Assembly: GCA_965113315.1 (NCBI GenBank)
Contig: OZ220370.1
Length of the DNA: 64,000 nucleotides
DNA from: Podarcis vaucheri
Taxonomy: Eukaryota
Reading direction: 5' to 3' (one strand)
In this document: positions 13,274-25,587 of the stretch, in pieces
Position numbering within the stretch: position 1 is the first letter of the stretch
How the letters are laid out: every line of letters begins with the position of its first letter
Notes under the pieces: generated by a model
What the model was told of the DNA's origin: nothing
The model's input: the letters and a program-made list of their open reading frames with translations, nothing else
Databases searched by the model: none
Translations under genes and position numbers: made by a program

Positions 13274-14402
13274 CTAAAGGAAGCAACATAAATTCAGAAA
13301 TTATTAGGCTGTACAAATACTTCTACAATGTTATACTTATATACAGTATAAAAAAATAGAAAAAACAGCCACTCCTTTTGCAATCTGAGATTTCTGAGCC
13401 AATCTCGATGTGAGCGACTGTGAAGGTGAGAAAAGTCGGTTTCAGAACAATTACTCAGTCAACACTATTTTCAAGCTTTGAAGCCTATACCCTATCACTT
13501 CTGAGGGTACTTCACAAAAGTTTTCCCAAGAGTGGCATAGATGTTACACTCCCCACGGTAAATTCTGTGTAACCATAGCCCTCTTTGGGTATTGTTTGGT
13601 CCTGAATATGTCACCGAAGGTGCAAGGATTGGGACCATGTTGGAGGGCCCCTGCCTGCAACGTCACATGCACTTCTCCTAACGTCTGTGTGCACAGCACA
13701 AATATCTGTAAGGATGGGCCATTTGTGCATCATTGTAATCATGGAGGTTCCACCTAGAACTAGAACTTGGACAGTTAGGATCCCAGATCCTGAGGAAACC
13801 TTGGCGCGCAGAACCATACGTGTGAAGGCACTTTCCCTGCAAATGTTCATTTTTATGGAAGTATACTAAGGAAAGAACACATGACATCTAGAGCTGGTTT
13901 GGCCATCAACCAGCATGATGGGTGGTGGCTGAAGAATCTGGAGAGTACCAGGTCAGGGAAGACTTCTGTAAACCATGAAAAAGTGCCAACCATGTGACAA
14001 GTCTTTCAATTTGCAACTCATGAAGAAAACCAACTGCTTTTAGCCAGTGCTGTATGTACTGCATGATATTATGAAGATAACATTTTGTGCCAACTAATTC
14101 AAATTTTGTAATCAGAATTGCCTTTATTTATTCTAATTATTCTAATTATGCATGTTTGCATGAGGTGCTCCTTACATAATTTAATACATAGATTTTGCTA
14201 TTCTGGTACTAGGAGGGGGGAGACAGAGAAAAATGCAGAGCACTGAAGCATTGTTCCTGAATACTGGATGATTCCATCTCCATCAACACTAATTCTTCTG
14301 AGATTTCAAACTTTGCTTGTACACTTTCAAACATTTTGGCTAACACAAAATGACATTTTTGAACTATTTTTAAGGAAAATTGGCAAAAACAACACTGCCA
14401 AC

Positions 14403-14508
14403 ATGGGTTGCCATACGTCCTGATTTTCCCAGACATTTTGCCAGGCAACTGCTTCCAACTGCAGTATTCAGGTTATGTCTGGGAAATTCTGGATGTATGG
14501 CAACCCTA
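14403..14508. mobile_element. Small palindromic hAT (Blackjack-like) MITE
   Basis: ~33-bp imperfect TIR GGGTTGCCATACGTCCTGATTTTCCCAGACAT / ATGTCTGGGAAATTCTGGATGTATGGCAACCC; no clear TSD. Confidence 0.7.
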
Positions 14509-15626
14509 TGTTTATTCCTATTAGTATTTTAATATTTTTTAAATGAACGATGAAAAAATCATAGGAAATTGAATTCTGTGTTTTAGTTGCATTTTTTAAT
14601 TTTCACAATTACACAACTATGGTTTTAGCCTTCTGATAAAGCAGTTTCTGATAAAGCATATATTTTGGGCATTGTTGCATTGTTGTTTTAAAACTGTTTT
14701 ATTAGACTGTTATGTTGTATAATTATATGGTTGCAAGCAACCAGCCCTGGGACCTTATGGTGAAGTACAGGTAAGAAATCTCTTAAACAAACATTTACTC
14801 AGAACATGAGAACTAAGGTGAACCTAGACAGCATGGAAGGCTCTCAGTTTCTGGATTTTATTTGTAACTGGGCAGGCCTCCTCTTTTATGGCTGTTGTTC
14901 CCCTGAAAGCAGTCTGAAACTATCATAGGAGATAGTTCCCTACTCACTGTCACACTGAAGCTCTCAGCCTTTGCTTCAGCTACCCCTATTTATCCAAAAG
15001 GCATGCATCACAGTGTGACAGATGTAAATCTAAAAGGCAAAAAAGTTGTTTTTTGATGTTGTTTTCAGATATGGCCAAAGCCATAGAACTCAAAAGAAAA
15101 TGAGCACCAAATGAAGGTAAAATTTTCCCCTACACACCGGTATTAGTTTAAATCTTTGCTTTACAAAGCATTTGAATTTAAACCTTACTGAATTTGAAGG
15201 TAAAAATGAAAAGAAAAAAGCTACAGTAATTAAAAATTGCTCCACAGTCTTTTACCATTTATATTTCAAATACCTCCATTTCAAAATCAAAGGCTCATAT
15301 TGGTACAAGGAGCCCTTCAGACCAGTGTAATACTTTGATTGGCTCTTCTAGATGACACTATGGCGACAGCTGGCTAATTATCTCTGAGGGAAATATTCCT
15401 GATAAGAAAACTCTTTAGCTCCCGTCAGAGAGACAAATACGGTACAATACTTCAAGAGGAAAAACAATTTGTTTAAGAATTATATTTAAAATACTTTTGG
15501 AAAATTCCAACATTCTTGCTTGTCTCTGGGCTGTTCCTTCCCTTGAGAACTAGGCAGCTGAAGACCACAGTGGCTGATTTATCAGCTGCATTTAAAAAGC
15601 AGCACAACGAGGACAAATATCTTGCA

Positions 15627-15998
15627 NNNNNNNNNNNNNNNNNNNNNNNNNNNNNNNNNNNNNNNNNNNNNNNNNNNNNNNNNNNNNNNNNNNNNNNNNN
15701 NNNNNNNNNNNNNNNNNNNNNNNNNNNNNNNNNNNNNNNNNNNNNNNNNNNNNNNNNNAAAGGCAGTCTANNNNNNNNNNNNNNNNNNNNNNNNNNNNNN
15801 NNNNNNNNNNNNNNNNNNNNNNNNNNNNNNNNNNNNNNNNNNNNNNNNNNNNNNNNNNNNNNNNNNNNNNNNNNNNNNNNNNNNNNNNNNNNNNNNNNNN
15901 NNNNNNNNNNNNNNNNNNNNNNNNNNNNNNNNNNNNNNNNNNNNNNNNNNNNNNNNNNNNNNNNNNNNNNNNNNNNNNNNNNNNNNNNNNNNNNNNNN
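15627..15998. other. Two N-runs (15627-15758, 132 nt; 15771-15998, 228 nt) separated by a 12-nt island AAAGGCAGTCTA
   Basis: Direct read. Confidence 0.99.
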
Positions 15999-17904
15999 GT
16001 ACCTCACACTTTTCTTGCTGCATCATAGCACTGAAAGACTGTAAAAGCCAAGACAAAACCTGACAGAAATGAATACAAAGTTTCCTTTGAGAAATGGCAT
16101 TTATGGGCCCAAACATTATACATAGCCCACTGGATACACATATGTAGATAACCAAAAGGATAAAAACTTTCCTAATTGATGAAGACAGATTTGGATGCTA
16201 GCTTAGGGTCTATTCAATAGGCTTAAACAACTTTTAAAACAAACTGCAAAAAGTTTGAGAGGTAAACACTTTTTCAACTGCTCCAGCAAATTTGTCTTTT
16301 CGGCTAAAGTGATTGGCTATGCATGGTAACTTTTCTCCCATGGTCATATGTCTATCACGTTACCTTATCATTTTTATGTACACACAAAAAAACCTGTGCT
16401 CTAATACATGTTAAAAGGGGGAAATAAATGTAAGATTTGTAAGCTGTTTATCTCCATGTCTTGTGTTGTCTTTCTAAAGAGAAGGAATTCATCTTTTTAT
16501 GACTAAAAACCTGTTATCCTATTTAAAATTACCATAAACAACATAAAAGACTTCATTAATAAATAGGTTTAAATTTTATTCTGAGTATTCTTAATAGTTT
16601 TTACAATTTTCAATGCCTATAGAACAATTTTCCTTATCAAAATGTTTTGTTTTGTTTCAAACAACTGTGATGACAAAGTCGTATATGCCACTAGAAATTT
16701 TAATCTCCCAGGGAAAATTTGTACATAATGTTGAAGACAACCACAATAGTTTTGCAAAGGGGCTGTTCCGGGATAATGAATGCAATAATTGCCTGTATAA
16801 TCTAAAATGCTACTAATGGCAACAATCACATATCCATTTAGCTTCTCTTTAATTTATGTAGCAAGTTTTAAATAGCTAATCGTTCTCAGGCAAATAATGG
16901 TTTATACCAACAATAAAGGGTAAGTATGGCATTGTCCTGCTTAAACAAGAAAATATCAGTTGTCTTATTTGTTTAATTTTCAAATCACTGAATGACTAAG
17001 GGTTCTAATCTCTGAAATGTAGTGCTATTGTGATATGTCACTGAAAAACAGCTCAAAATAAAATAATTACTTGTTTTTGTGCGCAATAAAGAGGAACATG
17101 CAAAGCATTTAAAATGAAAGTATACTGCAATAAAACAGCATTATAAAGAAAATTTTATTAATATTCCTAATAACTGTTTAAAAGTAAGATAAAATCTATC
17201 ATAAGTCGTTTTTTAAATGGATAGCTTTAACAAATGCAACTTTTGCAATGTAATACTTTTTGACAGGCAACCATTTTTAATTACAATATGACTCTCAAAA
17301 GCCAACACTACTACAGTGTCCCGAGTGCTTTGAGGAGAGAAGCTAGGCAGCCTTATTCACTAAGTACTTAAAAGGTCAGCAGGAGATCCAAAGAATGTTA
17401 GTGCCATTCCACCCTAATGCAAGAACTAAAGGAGTAATCCGCCTACTCTCATTTGAGATTCTGATTAATAACATGGAGCGACTCTCAACCATATTTGCAT
17501 TGTAACATCCAAGGATAGTTTGATTATTAAAACTGAATTAAGCATAAATGATGCTTATGAATGCTTTACTTTTCAAAGTTAATACTCAACAGAAGCCAAC
17601 ATACAATGCAGTTGACCAGACAAATGGTTAGACACTGGTTTTCTAGTTTCCATTTGATCTCATTTTCAATTTTAAATATTATAGATTATACAAGTCTGGT
17701 GTTCAATTAGAGAAAAAGTATCTATAGAATAATAAGTTTTAATAATATTTGCATAGTGTATAGTACAGTGCAACAGAAAAACTGTAAGTGATCTGCAAAT
17801 ATGTTTTACAATAACCTAATTGCATGAAAAATATTTCTCTTTTTTGATTGCCAGTTTTAATTTGTGCATCTTCAAATTATTACAATTTTGAAGTCTAAAA
17901 CTCT

Positions 17905-17955
17905 GATTCCTGTCAGATCAACTGACAAAGTTTATTGATTAATCTGACAGTTCTC
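17905..17955. promoter_or_regulatory. Candidate Pbx-Hox/Meis enhancer motif cluster
   Basis: CTGTCA (17910), TGACAA (17923), TGATTAAT (17936), TGACAG (17945) within about 40 bp of repeat-free intron; motif evidence only. Confidence 0.4.
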
Positions 17956-19495
17956 ATACGAAACAAAGTCTTCTACTGATCGGGTAGTAAAATCTGCCAA
18001 AACTAACATTAAGATTTTAATGCTAATTAACAAAATGAATGACAATTACTTCTTTGTGCATCTCTTCTATTTAACTCTTCTCACTTCATGCTTGGTTGAT
18101 ACAAAACAATATGTAAATTTACACACAACACCTCGTGTACAGTCCAAAAGCTCTGCCTGTCTTTTGATGAGTAAATTCAAAAGCAAAGGAAAAGACCTAA
18201 AATAAGAATTCCATTTTGGGGGGGGGGATCTATTTGTCATTGTCTGTATTTTGCCCAAGGCTTCACAATTATTTAATCGCAAGGGAAAGCAATAACTGAG
18301 CATGGGAATGCTTCCCAAAGAAGTAAAAAGCTGTTGCAAGTCTTCTAATATTTGTACAGGATAGCAATTGGCGGCTCATGGAAGGTAAAATTTTAATAAT
18401 TTCGTACTTGATTTCAAGAAGCTAAAAATGCAGAAGAACCTGAATGTGAAAAACGACAACTAATAACAACTTTGGCACTGAAAACTGAAATTTAAGAAAA
18501 TTGTTCAAATGATCATCTTCTAGGAAACATTTTAAAACATCTCTAATCAACAATTATAGTTCAGTTTAATTACCAAATGGACACTGCAGTAGTATTTGTC
18601 TATCTTGAACTAAGTCTAAGTTGCATAGTACTAACATTTTAATAATATGAGATATTTGGTTTGTAAGGAAATGTTGCATTTATCTATGTACAGACTCTAA
18701 AGAACAGTTTTTGGGGGAAGTACAAACACATGGTTTTAGTATGGCACCATTACTTTGGATGACATATATTAAAATACACCGAAGGCATGCAAAGATCTAT
18801 TGGCAGCAATTATGTGAAATATGTATCTTCACAATTCTGACTACCAGATAGCTTCACAAACAAATGTTTTAAAATATTTTGCAAGAGTAACAAAATGTCA
18901 AGATCCAACTTCACAGCAGCAGCAGCCATTTCTTAAATTTCTTGCAAATTATTTTGTTTTCTGTATTAAAATGTAAAATCTTATCACGTCATAAAACCGT
19001 AGGGCCATTTATAAGTAATGTTGTTAATGATACAAACAGGCATAGCCCAATTCAGACAGCAGAGGGCACTCAAGAACGATGTTAACTAGTTTAAACTGCA
19101 AAGTCTCTCGTAAAGCGAGCAACTTTTCTTCCATTTGGATTCTTCACAACCACAGCCCAAGGGAAATATCACTATCTGAAATGTTTTACAGTACACTTTG
19201 TTATTCAAGAGAACTCTGTTGTCAAACTGTAATATATTGCTATGTATACATGTAGAGACAAGACAGATTTGTGGATATGGTTTTGACATGTGCAATACCT
19301 TCTTTTTCTGTGTGTAATATATCTTCTCTTGCCATTTGCCCTTCACAGTCTCAAATACTTCCCCATGTATTCACATATATGCACATTCACACAGATGCAC
19401 ACTCAAAAAATATTCACTCCTCACATAACTACTACCTACTCCTCTCAGCTCCATATCTGCATCAGCACACAGCCTGACCGTTCCTATACTTTGTA

Positions 19496-19735
19496 CAGTG
19501 GTACCTCTGGTTGCGAACAGGATCTGTTCTGGAGCCCTGTTCGCAACCTGAAAGGAACGCAACACACGTTTGTGCACATTGTGATTCGCCGCTTCTGCAC
19601 ATGAAATCATTTTGCACGTCTGCACTTGCGCGAGCGGCGAAACCCGGAAGTAACCCTTTCCGGTACTTCCGGGTCGCCACGGGACACAACCTGAAAAGAC
19701 GTAACCTGAACCGAACGTAACAAGAGGTATGACTG
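19496..19735. mobile_element. Tigger-like (TcMar) MITE, 240 bp
   Basis: TA|CAGTGGTACCTCTGGTT ... AACAAGAGGTATGACTG|TA; CpG-rich. Confidence 0.85.
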
Positions 19736-20557
19736 TATATATACTTTTTAAAAAAACAAGCAATTGAAATGTTCCTTAACATTCCATAATGTGTAAGCAG
19801 CTGATGCCAGAATTCCCACAGAAAACAGCAATAGGTGTTCCAAAATTAGTTTCCTTCTTGTGTTGAGTTTATCTTATTTTTTGTGGGGAAATGGCAGAAC
19901 TATTCCAGCCAAGCAACCTTCTCGGGCTTTTTCTGTTATCTCATTTGGAAACTGCCGTTACACACAAGTGGGGCTTAACTTTCAAGAACAGCTGTAAGTT
20001 ATTTCTCTGAAGTACAACCCTGCAAATCTAACTTCTATAAGATAGAACTTTGAAAAGCAAAACACGAGGTTTAGGAGTGCAAAGAATGTAGATCAGTACC
20101 TATTAGTAGTTTAGCAAAATTCTGAACAAAAAGGCTCCCTTCCCCTCATCACAGTCCAGCTGCCGAGATGATGTGTAAAGGAAGAAAACCAAGACTACAT
20201 TTGTGTGTGACAGGACTATGTGCTCAGTTCTGGGAATGAAAACAAATTCCTGGGCAAACATGTGCTCAGAGGCACCCACTCCTTAATTCTAGGAATATGT
20301 TGTCACCCATCTCCACTCCAGCTACTATTTTGCACCTAACTGGTTGGTGGACCTCAGGGTTCTAGCAAAACAACATCCTGCAAGGCAGAAATCTGTATGC
20401 CCAGAGTCTAGAAAGCAAGTATTCTGCAATATATTTCAAAGGAACAAAAAACAATTAGGTATTCACCAATACAGCACCACAAATAAGTTTCAGAAATCTA
20501 AATAAAGACTATCCCATTCTCAAGGTCTATCCACACACTAGTCTGGCCAAGAAACAG

Positions 20558-20665
20558 AAGAGGAAGAGGAGGAGGAGGAGGAGGAGGAGGAGTTTGGATT
20601 TGATATCCCACTTTATCACTATCCTGAGGAGTCTCAAAGCAGCCAACAATCTCCTTTCCCTTCCT
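20558..20665 (-). mobile_element. Squam3-like (MIR/Ther1-derived) SINE 3' fragment with (CCT)n tail
   Basis: (GGA)8 followed by TTTGGATTTGATATCCCACTTTATCACTA...GAGTCTCAAAGCAGC; L2-type tail; family name from recall. Confidence 0.6.
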
Positions 20666-22862
20666 GCCCAGAACCAGGGCCAGAGCAATGCAGATAGAAG
20701 ATCTCTTGGTTTTCAACAGTTTATCTTGAAATATATGAGACAAAGTAATGGACTGCTCTTTGGGGCATATTTGATGGCGGTAGGAAGAACCTGTTTTTTG
20801 TTCCAGACACCGAGATCCCCAGAATGTTTAGCCAGTACCCCAATGGTGTCCTTGCGTACATGCTTTTATATGCTACCATATAAGTGAAATGACTGTAATT
20901 TGTTCTTATGGAAGGCCACTGCTAACAGAGGCACTATCAAGAAAGGGCTGGTCATGTCTCTCCTGAATTCAGGGTGGTGAGTTGGACTGGGTGGGGGATG
21001 TTTACAAGAAGAGTCCATGCCACTTCCTGGGTATCTAGATACTATGCTTATTTTGAGGGAACTGGGGGGTAGGTCCAAATCTAGAGAAGCATGGCCCCAC
21101 ACCTTAGTCTAGCTAAGACCACATCCTGAATGACAGAAGGCATGGAGAAAGATTTAAGCACTCGGTTTTTTAAAAATGGCAGTGAAAACATAAGATTTAC
21201 ATATGTAAAAATTGATCAGTCAGTTGAAATATACAAATAATATAGACTGGTTACACTTTAGGGAAAGATTGAGTATTGAGAAGTATTGAGAGCAAAGTAA
21301 GGATGAGGAATGTAACAAGAATGGGAAAGGCAAATAAGAAATGTGAAACAGAATAAAATCACTGGGGCTGAACAGGACATATAACTCTACACCAGTATAT
21401 ACCATCTACAGGTTCAGGGGAATCTTACAAAATTATATACTTCAGAAACTGGGGGTGAGAAAGAACTGTGTCTTATGCCGAGAAATGCATTCTATTCCTG
21501 AGGTTGAAATACTATGCAGACTTACTTAGGAGTCAACCCCATTGAACAATGGAACTTCCTTCTGAGCATATATGTGTAAGAGTGCTTGTAAATTTCAAAC
21601 TGGCCTCCAATCTGTACTTAACCTCTAAGAAAAACAGTCAGTCCTAGAAGGCTTTAAGGACTGAGCAGGAATTATTAAAACCATTTGTAAGCTTTGGGCC
21701 ATTATTTCCATAGTGGTTTTAGAAAGTGTAGCACCTAGCAATCATTATTTTTTAATTAGTGATTTTATTTTTTTAAGTGAAAGTCTTAGCTAAATTTTCC
21801 ACGTAGATAAAGGTAATAGAGCTGAAACACAAACAACACTTTCCAAAATCAGATTGGAATTAAACTGTGTTTATAGTGATTTTACCTACAGTACAAATGG
21901 AAAATGCCTTTATAACCTCAATTTTCTCTAAACTGAGCTCACAAACACTGAGCCATTATAATTAAGGGACTGCTTCAGTGCTTAACTGTACACTTCAATA
22001 TCTCATCATTTTGGATTCTATTAAGTGTAATCACTACCCAGTTTTCTGGTCTTTTGTGGTCTTGGAGTAACGACTGCATCCTCTTTATTTTACTATTGAA
22101 TTGATACGTATTGTCAATAGAAAGCTGAAGGATACAGTAGAGATCCTGAAATTTCAGGAGAGCCCTTAAGCTTAGTTCTTACAAACATTTTGAAACAAAG
22201 TAAATTCATTTATATGCTAGTAAGGCAATGGTGTGCCCATGTATAAATGATGCCTCCGAGTTCATGTTGAAGTTAAAACTGAAGGATGCAATATGAAAAT
22301 ATTTCACTGTCTTTTAGAAATAGTTCTATACTTAAAACCTGCATTTGAGATAGGTTTGGTTATGTTATTTCTTAAAATTTATACAAAGAATATTCAAAAC
22401 TTGACCCAGTGAAATTTGCACCAAACGGCTAATTAAAAATGTTAAATAATTATGTGGAATTTTTAAAAATTATAGCAGTGACTGGAATTTGAGCACTATG
22501 AAGTTACTTTACCCTGAATGCATGACTGAAGAATTTCCATATACACCAGAAGAGACACCAACTCCCAGTAATAAATTTTAAACTATTGGCCTTTTCTTTT
22601 AAGTGATGCTAACAATAGCTATATTGACAGAATTTTGAACCACTGAAAGCCTTTTAAGACCTTTTAAACTCAGCTTTTTACATTTTTTGTGTTGCTTTAT
22701 GCCCTCCAAGACATTTTATGAACAATTTCATACTTAATGGTTTGTAAGCAATCCCAACAGTTGGGAATTGTGCAAAAGGTTGCCCAGATTGACAGATAAA
22801 GTGAAAAGGTCTGTATTAATTTCCAAATAAAGAAATGCATGGAGTGGTATTTCACTATGATT

Positions 22863-23106
22863 NNNNNNNNNNNNNNNNNNNNNNNNNNNNNNNNNNNNNN
22901 NNNNNNNNNNNNNNNNNNNNNNNNNNNNNNNNNNNNNNNNNNNNNNNNNNNNNNNNNNNNNNNNNNNNNNNNNNNNNNNNNNNNNNNNNNNNNNNNNNNN
23001 NNNNNNNNNNNNNNNNNNNNNNNNNNNNNNNNNNNNNNNNNNNNNNNNNNNNNNNNNNNNNNNNNNNNNNNNNNNNNNNNNNNNNNNNNNNNNNNNNNNN
23101 NNNNNN
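22863..23106. other. N-run, 244 nt
   Basis: Direct read. Confidence 0.99.
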
Positions 23107-24944
23107 CGATTATCAGCTGTGCAAGTGCCACAGGGGACAGTTTAGCCTTCAGATCAGGATATTCTTCTTGTTCTCTAAATTACAAGTAAAATACATTAAT
23201 ATAATACGGTGCTGTAGGCGAGTGCCCCGACTAAAGCTTATCAGCTTACAAAAAGGATTAAAGAATTCTACTGGATTCTGTAGGAACAACCACTCTAGAA
23301 TAAAGGGGCTTAAAACATTTGAATAATAAACATTCATAATAGGAACTATAAACATGTATTTAGATAGGCAACATTTCTAAATAGTCAACAAAAGCTTATT
23401 TTTAAAAGGTTATACCAAACCATCTGAAACACAGAATTTTGTATTTTTAATATTTTCTAATTCTAGTACTTAACTATGTGGCCATATTGGTAGGATTTGG
23501 CTATATAAAACAATAGGCATGTTGGTTACTACCAACCAAGTTGTTTGTGTTGCCTGCAATATGCAGGTGACAGCAATTAGCAGCAGATGACAGAGGTACT
23601 TTGAATTTATACCAGATGGCAGCTAAGGGTCGGTGAAAACTAGTAAACCTTCCACTGGGAAACTGTGGTATTATACAACTATCAAGCTCATAAGCACCTA
23701 GAAACAAGTTAATTATTCAAATTCTAGAAGACAATTTTAAGACTACTAATCACATATGAAAATATAATCAGGGCGCTAATAGATCATTTATTTAAGACAT
23801 AATGAACTATTTATAAGAGTTAAGAGAACACATAAGCTAACAGAACAACCCAAACATCTACCACATATTGAATTTGACTGGTGCAATATTTGAAACAAAT
23901 GGGATCCTGAAATATACTGCAAGAGGAGTTAGTAGTGGAGGAACTCTTCATTCATTGCCCTCCTTTTCCCTCCCCTCCCCAACAAACATGTTCAATGGAG
24001 GGGAGAATTGGGCTCAGAGAAAGTTTCCCAAATCCTCCAATAAAAAATTGGGTTCAGGGAACCAACATATTCTGAGCCCAAAGCTCTCTCCCTTCCCTTT
24101 TTATCTCTGAAACTGAATGGAAAATGAGAAATGCAATGGCGAGAGAAATCAGCAAGTAAACAAGGACTTCTGGAGACAGGTGCAGAGATTTGAGACCCTA
24201 AAGATGTTGCGCTGGCCTCCCCGTAGTCATTCTATACAACAGCACAAGGGAACTGGTAAGTGGGAGGACCCTACAGAAATGGGCACCATGGCTTCTGAGT
24301 TCTTAGAACATGATGACAACCTTGAAAGAATCATCCCACCTGCTAGTACTGGGGACTGTTTGCTGGATAATTTGAGGTATCTATTGCCATAGTCACATAA
24401 GTCAATGTACTTCCTAGAGCTGCCACTCTATCATTCATGGGGCTGGAGTTAGCACTGTGCTCTGTTGCTGAGGATATTCCCTGATAGCAGAAGAACGCAT
24501 GGATGTTCCTCACCTTGGATAGTTTTGAAGAATGGCTGAGAGTTTTCCTGACTCAATTTACCTTTCTGTAAGGATGTTTTGTTTTTATAATTTTACTTAT
24601 TTCTACTCCATCTTTGCAAGGCAGCCTTCAATAAAGCAGTTTCCTACCCTGCAATCCTACCTCTACCCCCATTTAGACACATAAATTTGCCCATAGACAT
24701 CCCGTATACACCTTGCCTATGTGTTCAGGTGTTGAAAACTGAAAATTATCCCACAGAGCAACTGATCATGCTCTGCATTCTCAAAAAAAAAAAAAAAAAG
24801 CAAAAGACCTCTCATTAAGCTTCAGTTGTGTGTTTTGAGACATTATTAATAGTGATTCATTTAAATATAGCAATGGGCTAGTTATAGCTGCTGCCCCCCC
24901 CCCCCCGGGCAAAAGGCAATTTGTCACATTTTGCCGTTATAAAG

Positions 24945-25080
24945 CAGGCATAGGCAAACTCAGCCCTCCAGATGTTTTGGGACTACAACTCCCATCATCC
25001 CTAGCTAACAGGACCAGTGGTCAGGAATTATGGGAATTGTGGTCTCAAAACATCTGGATGGCTGAGTTTGCCTAGGCCTG
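24945..25080. mobile_element. Palindromic hAT (Charlie-like) MITE, 136 bp
   Basis: TIR CAGGCATAGGCAAACTCAGCC; perfect 8-bp TSD TTATAAAG at 24937-24944 and 25081-25088. Confidence 0.9.
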
Positions 25081-25249
25081 TTATAAAGCATTTTATAAAG
25101 CACAGTTTGAATCCATAACTCTCCTATTTGTTATGTGTTATACAAAACAGCATTAAGGGTCACTTAAGTGTCCATTGGAGATTTCAACATGTGTCACGCT
25201 GCCTAATTATGAATGATTCATTTTTCTGGTACCAACACCTCACACAGCT

Positions 25250-25358
25250 GGAGCAAGGGGAGGAAGAAAAGTCCAGATGTTTTGGACTACAACTCCCATC
25301 ATTCCCAGTTAGGGGAATTGCAGTTATCTGGCAGGGGGAACCACATTGGCTATCCCTG
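25250..25358. mobile_element. Degenerate copy of the same hAT MITE type
   Basis: CCAGATGTTTTGGACTACAACTCCCATCAT shared with 24968-24998. Confidence 0.6.
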
Positions 25359-25587
25359 TTCTTCAACTGTGTTGCAGCACCACTGCTGGTCAGAGATGTT
25401 ACTATGGCTTTGTCAGCCCAGTCAGTCCAGGTGTGTCACCTCTCCCCTGCATTTCTCACCTGGGGCATCTTTTCCCTTCCCACATTAGTAGGAGTTAGAA
25501 AAAGAAAAAACAGGAAAAAACAGTATCTTACTCCTATTGTTGAAAGGAAAATTAAGCATGGATTGCTCCTTGGGGATTGCTCCTCAT

